Shown piece by piece: positions 29,641 through 39,300 of a stretch of 64,000 bases of DNA (its first letter is position 1; every line of letters begins with the position of its first letter). A model generated the notes under the pieces. It saw only the letters and a program-made list of their open reading frames with translations. It did not search any database and was not told the origin of the DNA. The stretch is from an uncultured Victivallales bacterium (GTDB lineage: Bacteria > Verrucomicrobiota > Kiritimatiellia > UBA8416 > CAYSRM01): NCBI GenBank assembly GCA_964475205.1, contig CAYYVQ010000002.1:9965-73964 (forward strand). Reading direction: 5' to 3'. Both the position numbers and the translations under genes were made by a program.

Positions 29641-30450
29641 TCACCAGTTGCCTGAGCATGCATCCGTTGTTTCGTCCCATGTGATCTGTTCAACATGGCC
29701 GTCCATAAAAACCGCATTTGCCTTGCCGTTGTGATACGTGCCCACGGACTCCACGGGATATTCCCCGTCGCTGCTTTTCTGTCCTACCAGGCGACCGTCA
29801 TAAGACCTTCTATGTCTATCGCCCGAGTCATATTCCATAATATTCCGCTTAGCTATAGTGTTGCCCTTGTAAATATTGGTTATTCCCGCATCGGCAAACA
29901 GCAGTCTCCTGCTTGCCTGCACATCCCTTATATCTTTCCCGCCGGCATCCTGGCTCATAACATAACTTCTGACAATGGGATTATTGTCATTGATCGGGTT
30001 CCCCTCCGCATCTTTAAACACAACCCTTTTAAATTCAGGACACACATATACTTTGAGACTCTCGCCCGTATATTCCCACAGGGTTCCATTGGTAACAGAA
30101 AACACACCTTTTTCTCCCCACCACTTGGCCCCATCGTGCCTGATCTCGCTGCTGCTGTTACTTTTGTCAAAATCCGTCCAGTCTACCCAACCCCACGCAT
30201 CCTGATACCAATTGCGGGGTTTGACGCTTTTGGGTGGTCTTTTCCCAACGCTTTTTGACGGCGGCAGGTTGCCGCTATGGTCAAACGCATAGTTCATGGC
30301 AGCAACGTGGAGCTGTTTAAGATTGTTTTTGCACTGAATATCTCTGGCTCTAATGCGCATTTTGCCCAGCACTGGAAAAATCATGCCGACAAGAACGCCC
30401 AGTATAATCATGACGATAAGGAGCTCCAGCAGCGTGAAGCCCTTCTTCAT
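29641..30450 (-). CDS. DUF1559-type prepilin-like protein (N-terminal cleavage/methylation domain)
   Basis: KGFTLLELLIVMIILGVLVGMIFP is a class III signal plus hydrophobic helix. The C-terminus HNGKANAVFMDGHV is the H-x9-DG motif typical of DUF1559. The start is taken at MKKGF. Confidence 0.75.
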   Translation of the reverse strand: MKKGFTLLELLIVMIILGVLVGMIFPVLGKMRIRARDIQCKNNLKQLHVAAMNYAFDHSGNLPPSKSVGKRPPKSVKPRNWYQDAWGWVDWTDFDKSNSSSEIRHDGAKWWGEKGVFSVTNGTLWEYTGESLKVYVCPEFKRVVFKDAEGNPINDNNPIVRSYVMSQDAGGKDIRDVQASRRLLFADAGITNIYKGNTIAKRNIMEYDSGDRHRRSYDGRLVGQKSSDGEYPVESVGTYHNGKANAVFMDGHVEQITWDETTDACSGNW

Positions 30451-30661
30451 TCCAGGCTTCCCCTGCCCCGATCCGTTAAAACGTATGAATTTCATCCACC
30501 GCCTCCCTTTGAGAAAACCTTATCGCAATCCCGCAGAAGTGTCACAACAGGCTGCGCGCAAATCATTAATCTGCGTCTAATACATCTATACTTATAACAT
30601 CCCGCAGAATAATAGACAACTAAAAACTGTTCAATCCCCGAACCCTTATCCCGATCTTCAT

Positions 30662-30838
30662 CCCGCATATCTCATGGAATTTCGTAGCGAGAGCGTGGAG
30701 TGTGCTTCTGCGGGGGTGCAAATTGGTAATACTCCGGAGCAGCCGTTGTAGACATACTGCAATCTGAGGTTTTGCCAATTCGTGCCCTCGCAGTGGCGCT
30801 CTCCGCACTCGCAGCAGGAATTTTGTGAGATATGCGGG
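30662..30838. mobile_element. 177-bp MITE-like element with 13-bp perfect terminal inverted repeats (CCCGCATATCTCA family)
   Basis: cccgcatatctca at 30662-30674 is matched by tgagatatgcggg at 30826-30838. Related copies or fragments lie at 7959-8100, 9011-9025 and 33210-33222. Confidence 0.65.
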
Positions 30839-30874
30839 TTAAAAAACGGCGCCATACGCACTCTTTTTTTGCCG

Positions 30875-31068
30875 GCAATTCTCATTATGGCCATTTTGCC
30901 ACGTCTGGCGTGGCCAGAGTTCCGGCACGATATTGCAGCCACGCGCGAGTAGGCCCGGCTTCACCGAAGCCGAGGCCCCAAGAGCGCTGGGCTTCGGTGA
31001 AGCCCGCGCTACTACGCACATCGTTATACAAATAGGTTTTGGCGGAAAGAGGCCATAATGAGAATTGC
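30875..31068. mobile_element. 194-bp MITE-like element, copy A, 18-bp perfect terminal inverted repeats (GCAATTCTCATTATGGCC), internal palindrome
   Basis: The TIRs are gcaattctcattatggcc and ggccataatgagaattgc. The internal hairpin is cttcaccgaagccgaggccccaagagcgctgggcttcggtgaag. It is near-identical to 48207-48400. Confidence 0.8.
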
Positions 31069-31091
31069 TGTTTTTTGCATTTAAGCGTTGA

Positions 31092-31125
31092 CGGCACGAC
31101 GCAAATACGCTAATTTAACTTATAG
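31092..31125 (+). promoter_or_regulatory. putative sigma70-type promoter for the 648-aa secreted protein gene
   Basis: TTGACG, a 17-bp spacer and TAATTT are present, with RBS aaggaaaggaaaacag before the ATG at 31181. Confidence 0.35.
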
Positions 31126-31180
31126 AGTATAGAGCTAAGGAGTTATTTAGCAGTTTCCTATAACAAGGAAAGGAAAACAG

Positions 31181-33127
31181 ATGAAAACAATAAAACAAAG
31201 TGTGGCGCGAAAAAGTGTATTGTCAATTGCGGTTCTGGTAAGCGTGGCGATAACATCATACGCAAATACGACAAACCAGATTCCATACGTAAACGATTTT
31301 GAAAACATACCGTCGGGAACGCCCCTGGTGGGCTCCAGTGGCTGGTATGGAGCTTCCAACAGTTATGCGATTGTGACCAACAGAGATTACAGCGCTTTCT
31401 ACTCCAACTATCCGCTGCCGACAAGTACCCACTCAAATGTTATGCTGCTGCAGACCGAAGGCACAGTGGTTACCAACGAACTTGAAGACCTGACCGATGA
31501 TGAAACCAGGAGCAATGTAACCAACGTATGGTTTGACAGCGTGATCCGGTTTACCCACTGGTCCGAAGACTCTTATCCTGATGCTATAACCAGCAATGAC
31601 CAGGTTCAATGCGCGTTCTTCGCAAACACCAATGATCACCTTGTAGTGCATCATTATGACTTACTCGGAGAGTCAAACGCTTTCACCGTGATCACCAACA
31701 GCTCCATCACCAACGGTCAGTACACTCGTATAACAATCAAGTTGGACTACCTCTCAGACGAGGCATTCGGGACCATCGATCACACTTATTATCAGCTCTA
31801 CATTGACGGCAATTTGATGACCAATTCCGCTGCGTACCAGTCGCCCAGTGACACCAGCGGAAAACCGGGGACATGGTTTATGACCGCTAATGATGCGGTT
31901 GCAAAAAAATATTTGACAGGGCTGGAACTCTCCGGGAACGGAGTTTTTGACGATATGATCGTATCGACTAATGACACTATGGGCCCCACGCCTGACAGTT
32001 ACACGATCTTTACGGAAGTCAACGATCCGGCGCGAGGCGACATAAGCCCGGACAGCGACACGGTATTTGAAGGCAACGATAGCGATGACTTTGCCATTAC
32101 GGCAAGCAACGGCTATTACGTAGCCCAGCTTCTGACTAATTCCGTGCAGGTCTTCACTAACAGCGACGTGACCGTCACATCAACAAACTACACCTGGCCG
32201 AGCGTCATGGCCGACGGAACGATAACTGTGAACTTCGCAACATCTCCCACATACCTGGTGACCGGAGTAGTGGCAACGGGTCAGGGCACGATTGATCCGG
32301 CAACCACAAATGTGGTGGCTAACAATGATGCTTCCTTCCAGGTAGACGCAGACACAGGCTGGTACATACAATCCATAACAACGAACGAAACGGCGATACC
32401 CGGCAGCCCGTTCGATGTCAGTCTTACATCAACAAACTATACATGGCAGAACGTTGCGGCCGACGGAACAGTAACTGTGCATTTCGCGGAATGGCACCTT
32501 ATAACCGGCGTGGTCGCGACGGCAGGCGGATCAGTGAACCCGGCAAGTAGAATCGTGGCAGATGGACAGAATGCCTCGTTCGACCTTGTTGCAGACCCTC
32601 ATTACCATGTCGGCCTGCTTGAAACCAACGGCACTGCTACCGGCGGACCATGGGACAACAGCTCCACAAACGAAAATTACGTATGGACCTCCGTTGTAGC
32701 AGACGGGACGTTGACCGTTGCATTTACGGAGAATGTCTGGACCAACGGCACACCGGAAACATGGCTGGCAGACTATTACGGTTCCACAAATTATGAGCAG
32801 GCTGCATCGAGTGATACCGACGGAGACGGGCAGGAAGCATGGGCCGAGCACCTTGCTGGAACAGATCCGACCGACAGCAATTCGGTATTCCGGATAGATG
32901 ATACCTGGCATGAAAACGGGACAAACTACCTTAGGTGGGTCAGTCATCATGTCGGAGATCAGACATCACTGCCGCCGTATAACATCGTATACGCCACCAA
33001 TCTGCTCAACGCGGACTGGAACGTGGTAACAGATACGGTGGAAAGAACAGACGGGACACACACAAATGTCTGGTCCTGGGAAAGCGCAGAAGGAGCTTTC
33101 TACCGGATTGTAGTAACCAACCAGTAA
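31181..33127 (+). CDS. secreted protein with three internal ~80-aa repeats and a conserved C-terminal D-x-D-G-D-G / GTDP module
   Basis: The signal peptide is MKTIKQSVARKSVLSIAVLVSVAITSYA. The repeats are TNYTWPSVMADGTITVNFA..., TNYTWQNVAADGTVTVHFA... and ENYVWTSVVADGTLTVAFT.... The C-terminus is TPETWLADYYGSTNY...DTDGDGQEAWAEHLAGTDPTDSNSVF. Confidence 0.7.
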   Translation: MKTIKQSVARKSVLSIAVLVSVAITSYANTTNQIPYVNDFENIPSGTPLVGSSGWYGASNSYAIVTNRDYSAFYSNYPLPTSTHSNVMLLQTEGTVVTNELEDLTDDETRSNVTNVWFDSVIRFTHWSEDSYPDAITSNDQVQCAFFANTNDHLVVHHYDLLGESNAFTVITNSSITNGQYTRITIKLDYLSDEAFGTIDHTYYQLYIDGNLMTNSAAYQSPSDTSGKPGTWFMTANDAVAKKYLTGLELSGNGVFDDMIVSTNDTMGPTPDSYTIFTEVNDPARGDISPDSDTVFEGNDSDDFAITASNGYYVAQLLTNSVQVFTNSDVTVTSTNYTWPSVMADGTITVNFATSPTYLVTGVVATGQGTIDPATTNVVANNDASFQVDADTGWYIQSITTNETAIPGSPFDVSLTSTNYTWQNVAADGTVTVHFAEWHLITGVVATAGGSVNPASRIVADGQNASFDLVADPHYHVGLLETNGTATGGPWDNSSTNENYVWTSVVADGTLTVAFTENVWTNGTPETWLADYYGSTNYEQAASSDTDGDGQEAWAEHLAGTDPTDSNSVFRIDDTWHENGTNYLRWVSHHVGDQTSLPPYNIVYATNLLNADWNVVTDTVERTDGTHTNVWSWESAEGAFYRIVVTNQ

Positions 33128-33150
33128 AAGAATCACAGCAAAGAAAAAAA

Positions 33151-33179
33151 GGCGGCGCAAATTGCGCCGCCTTTTTTTA
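33151..33179 (+). terminator. rho-independent terminator
   Basis: The hairpin ggcggcgcaaattgcgccgcc is followed by ttttttt. It is preceded by an A-tract, so it is potentially bidirectional. Confidence 0.8.
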
Positions 33180-33375
33180 TGGCAAATTTCATGGATACCC
33201 CTTAAACTGACCCGCATTTCTCACTTTCAGTTCCTGCAACACGGAAATAACTCTGGCTTTTCGGTGGTTAATACCTTATTATAATAACCAGAAAGGAACG
33301 GCAGCATCGGGCAGTAAAATCGCTGTGCAGGGCACGGTTAAAACAGGAACGAAAATTGCTGTGTTATAAAGTCAA

Positions 33376-36300
33376 ATGAAAACAGTTAATGACAAATTGA
33401 CCCTGGCAAAAGCAAGTCTGGTCGCGCTAAGCTTCGTGCTGTACGCATCTTTGCCCTTAGCCGCACAGGCAGACATGTATCAGGATTTCGACCAATGGGA
33501 GACACCGCAGTCATTTGGGAATTATGAGAAAAACGGCTGGCAACTGAATGATGGCGCAGCTTACGTTGCCGAAGGCAACACAAACGGACTCCTTAACGAT
33601 ACCGGCGCCAATCTTCGCTCTCCCTACTCATCAAACGGCATCGGGCGGGTAACCTGGAAAACAAGGCTTTGGAGCAGCGGTTCCGTAACCTACGAGCTGC
33701 AGGCTTCCGCATCGCCCGACTTTACCAACCCGATACCCTTAGCTACATATACCTGCGACACGTCAAGCGCATGGCAGTATTTCACAAACGATCTGGCCCT
33801 TTACGACGGCTTGTATCTTCGCTGGAATAAAAACAGCTCCAGTCCATGGCTGAAATTCGACGATGTGCATGTGAGATTGCCCCCGTCCTATGTCAACATT
33901 ACAAACGTACAGACACATCCCGTTTCTCCGATTGTGGGAACAAACACTTTTATATCAGCTACGGTGGAACAGCAGGCAGGCGCAAGCAATATAACCGCAT
34001 CGCTGTTTTACCGCACTGACGCGGCATCCTCTTTTACGGAAATTTCAATGTCCTCCAACGGGGTTGATTCCTATATTACCGATACCGGGATACTAACGAC
34101 AACACCGAATCTGACAGTGGAATATTACATTAAAACAGATTTCGACGGTCGCTATACATCGTCAACACAATATTATCCCGCAGGCGGTTCATCAGATCCG
34201 TCTTCATTCGTGGTGAGAGCTTTATCGCCCTATACAAATATATCTGTCAAGGGCGCAGACGAAACCAATATGCACCTTGTGGACAATAATCAGTGGAAGG
34301 GCGTCCTGACTACCAACGGCCTTCTTTCCGACCCCGTGTTCTATTTTGAGAGCGGATCCGGCACATGGGGCGATGACAACCAGTCGGTATCCAATCTGCC
34401 CGTATATGGAACCGCACAGTCAGGCAGTTCCAATATTACTGTCGAAGGCACAGTCACAAGCCATCTTGCCTTCGCCTTTGATGACAACAGCCAGGATTAC
34501 AGCATCCAGCAATGCGAATATATTGATTTCGACAACTGGACCGTTGGAACCACAGGGAACTACGGCACATATACCAACAGTGAAGGCTGGGTTCTTGACG
34601 CAGGGCGCATAAACAAGAATTCCGACAACGAGTGGGACCGGGCGCTGCGCGGCCGCTATGCTATATTGAAACACGGATATACCAACCAGTTCGACAGGGA
34701 AATCCAGTACCTGCGCTCTCCCTATATGGATGATGGTGTTGGAACTATCTCGTTCTGGTACAGAAACTGGGAAAAAGACGGATCGCCTGAGGCCGGATAC
34801 CTGGTACAGAAATCAGCCACCGGCGCCGGCGATTGGATAACAGTCAGCGATTCATACAATACCAACATTACTTCTGCAGGATACCTCTGGACACAGATTG
34901 GAATCGCTGATCGCAACGCACATTATGTGCGCATAGTGAACACAAATGAAAGCAACGATTCCTGGCTATGCCTGGATGAGGTCGCAGTTTCTCATCCCGG
35001 CGCTACAGTCGGGCTTACCGACCCGTGGCGCAGCGCGGCATCTCCGCTCCTTGGCGAATCTGTAGATGTGTCAATTACAACGACCAATGTCGGGGGGGGC
35101 GCCACCAACCTGGAATGTTATGTCTGGTTTCGGCATGAAGATTCATCTGCTTTTTCTCAGATTACACTGAGCCGGAGCAACAGTGTCTTTTATGCGACTA
35201 TACCTGCAACTCCGGAAGGCGAAGTTGAGTACTACTTCGAGTGCACATACGAAGGATTCAATGCCGCAACAATATTCTATCCCGAAGGCGGCGCCGACGC
35301 CCCTTCCCTGCTGACATATACCAATCAGCAGTCGCACGGAAACACGCGTTATGAAGATTTCGAATCATGGAGCACACCGGACGTTTTCGACGACTACACC
35401 AATGCCGCAGGCTGGGTGATTCATCAAGGCGCAGTATACGACAACAGGGGACTGATAGGAGACTCGTCTGAAAGTGCGTCTCTGACAAGCCCTGAACTGA
35501 GCAATGGGGTAAGCTCAATATATTTTGACCTCGCCAATTGGCAATCTGGAGAAAATATTGCAGAAATTCAGACTTCTACCAACGGCACTACATTCCAGCC
35601 CATTGCCACAATAACGAACACTGAGGTACATGGCGCCAGAGAGTACTATCAGATTCAAGTGGATGACAACAAGGTCACCCACATACGAGTGCTCAAGACC
35701 GACGACAAAGGGTCGCATCTGTACATAGACAACGTCGTCATATCTTATCCTCCTGCCGACGTCGATATTACGGATCAGTTTTACGCCCCTGGTTATCCCA
35801 TGACTAATGACGAGGTTACAGTCTCATGCGTTATCACTTCAAGCAACGCCAGGCAGTCGGCGTATAATCTTGACCCGGAAATGCATTACAGGAGTGAGGA
35901 CTCGCAATGGACCAGCGTCGGGATGAATCACTCCGGGAGCAATGTATACACCGCCGTGATACCGGCAAATACACCCGGCACAATACAGTATTATATCGAA
36001 TGCGGCTTCGACGGTTATTATTATGGGCCGGAAAACCAGAGCCCGGCATTTCTGCCGGATGCTCCCGCGGCCAGCGAGCGGCCTGACACATTTTTCTCAT
36101 ATGATGTCAGGCATCACCACTCCGATTACTCGCACCTTAGCATAACCGGGTCTGTTGAAACCGCGTCAATGACTCTTATAGGCAACGATTACTGGCAGGG
36201 AGTTGTGGCTATAGACCAACCGACAAACGAAATACAGCTTGCTCTCAACGGCCATAACAAATGGCTGGGCAGCTCTTATTCTTCAGAAACCGACACATGG

Positions 36301-39300
36301 GGGGCAACAAACCAGATACGATACGAACCCCCCATCCAGACCGAGGCTAATCAGGCAGGCGATAGTATACTGGTAAGAGACAATTTCACCGGCACAAATC
36401 AGGTGGTTGTCCGGTACGACCTTGCAACGGGGACATACCTGATATTCAGGGCGGCATACCAGGATTTTAATGAATGGAACCTTGCGTCAACCGAGTATTT
36501 TGACCAGAGCCTGAGCGAAAGCACAATATCAAGCACGACCAACACCTTCGACCACTGGCCCGTAGACAGCGTCGATCCGGATCCGGAAAAGCCCGACACC
36601 ATGATTGAAGATATGGAAAGCTGGACAGTCGGCGCTTACTATGACGATTCCGGGCGCAGCGACATGAGCGCAAACGGCTGGTATTGCCAGGCTGCTGAAA
36701 TCATCGGAGATCCTTACGGTGGCGAGGATAAGGCTTTAAGGTTTGATCCGACCGATGAGCACATTTACACCCAGGGCAAAATATGGCCGCACCGGGCTAC
36801 CCTTACGAAAGGGCTTGATACATTCCAGTTCAAGTACTACTGGTCCCTCTCGAAGGACAATAACCCCGCCTATTACAACCTTGGCTCAAACCTGGACAAT
36901 TACCAAATCACTGCAAGCATCACAGGTCCCGAAACTTCGCCAAGGCCGTCCTACTCAGCTCTTGCCCGCTATCAGGACACGGATAATTACTACGAATTCA
37001 GGCTCAGGAGCAGAGACACCGACAATAGTGACACGATCCTTGAGCTGTACCGCCACAACAATGGAGCAGCAGAGCGCCTTGACGCAACGGCTGACAACAA
37101 CAACAACTTAAGAAACCGGACTCAGAACATTAAATTTTCGGTTTGCACCAACAACGGCGGACGCGCCTACATACGTTTTGAGTCAAACGGAGAAGCAAAA
37201 CTATTCCATGACACGGATACATCGTCAGTTTTGGCTTCTCCCGGTTCATTCGGATTCCTGTGCAACGGCGCGGATATACGTATAGACAACATAGAAGTGC
37301 GCCATCAGCATCGTCAGCATTTTGACAACTGGCTTGACGATCCAACAGGTTGGGTCGTTACCAATGGTTATGTGCATAGCAATTATGACGACTGTCGTCT
37401 TCCGGGCAACAACGACGCAAGACTTACAACCCCGTACCTTGGCTATGATGTTGGAACGCTCTCTTTCTATTACAAAAAATATAACAACGACGGAGCGTGC
37501 GAGGTATACGTATATGGGTCCAACAACGCCTCAGACTGGACTGTCATCACAAACTGGAGCACAACCTCCAGCGGCTCTTACAAAACACTTACCGACGGGC
37601 TTACAGGGTATAATTACTTTCAGATTAGAAACGAAACTACAAATTCGGCCGGTCTTGAGATTGATAACGTGGTTATTACCGAGGATGATGACTTCTACAC
37701 TAATCCCTTCGACACCGCCGCTTCAACATCTGACTGGACGGATGTGACAGGCGATATATGGTACTACGATTCGACCAACCAGACCTACAACCGCCCAGGC
37801 GAAGTGGGGCCGCCAATTGATTTTGTCGTGCAGAAAGGGTATACCAACGAAAGTTTTACCTACGCGCCCACAAGCTGGATAGACGTAGCCACAATAACCG
37901 CTACGAATATGAAGTACCAGACAGCAAACGTTGAATTTGAATACTGGGACGAGCTGTTTGTTCGAATCAAGCATGACGACGGCCAGGCAAGCCTGGTCCT
38001 GGACGATCTGAAACTGACAAAGTGGCGCGGAACTGATTCCTATACCGATACCAATAACTGGAAGGCAACCGGTATATGGGTTTCCGAGCATTCCCCGGAA
38101 GACAGATGCATCGAGCTTTGGAGATCAAAGATCAGCCCGGACAAGCCTCAATATGTGCGCTCCCCCCTCATGGAAGGCATAGGTTCTGTCACATTCCTGC
38201 AAAAGGTGGCCAACGGACCGGCCGAGTTCCAGATTGAAATTGCTTCTGAAGACGCTCCTGACACCTTTGTGCCCCAGGCGACGGTAACCGTGACAAATGA
38301 GGACTGGCAGACCTATACGTACATGATACAGACTAACGATAATTTCTATGCAAGAATCCGCCACACAACCACCAACCGTAATACTGTCCTTTACATAGAC
38401 GACATGGAAATTTCAGACTACGCCGAACGAGACAGCAGGACGTGGGAAGCATATAACGCTCTGATAACTCCAAACGAAGACTCGCGTGAATTCGAGCCGT
38501 ACTCGGGTTACAGAACAGCTTACCTTAACAACAACCCGACAAACGGAACGGCTTCCGGTGACAACTTCGATCGCGACAGGCCGTATATCCAGTCGCCGCG
38601 AATGCCAAACGGAATAGGCGAGATATCATTCTGGTACAGAAACTGGGAGACAGACGGTCTCCCGGCGGGAACATTCCACATAATGTCATCGCCAACCGAC
38701 GGCGGCACATTTGACGAATGGACGCAGATCACGACGGTTTCAAACCTCACGAATACGGATTACCGTTATTTCTCAACAAACCATTACAATGCCGACCACC
38801 GCTACGTGCGCGTATACAGTGAAACCAATTCGGGCTGCTCCCGGCTGGCCATTGATAACCTGCTTATCGGCCACCCCCTGGCTGCCGACTTCAGCGTGAC
38901 CAACCTCACGACTATTCCTGAAGTGCCCCTGTATTCATCATCTGTAGATTTGTCTGTAGATCTCTACAACTTCATCCTCCAACCTCAGAACATCCAGGTA
39001 AGGGCATACTATAACATCGGATCCAACAACTGGGCTCAGTGGGAGAACTGGAACACCAACAACTATATAGACCTTGACCTCACATCTTCCAGCCCTGCAC
39101 AGCGCACTTATCAGTCCTCAGGTGCATCGATTCCTCAGCTCCCAGTCAATACAGTGGTACAATACTACCTGGAATTCACTTTCGACGGACCTAATTCAGA
39201 CAAAACAAGTCCGAAAACCTATGCTGCGTTCTCAAACCCGGATTATTATGATCCCATCGATCTCAACGACGGCCACTCAGTCACAAACCCCTACTACTTC

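Noticed and set aside
30839-31021. 60-aa ORF, and its twin at 48204-48410 encoding the same peptide MCVVARASPKPSALGASASVKPGLLARGCNIVPELW...
   Set aside because: Both fall inside the two copies of the 194-bp MITE-like repeat. Identical peptides arise from identical DNA, and there is no RBS or coding signature.
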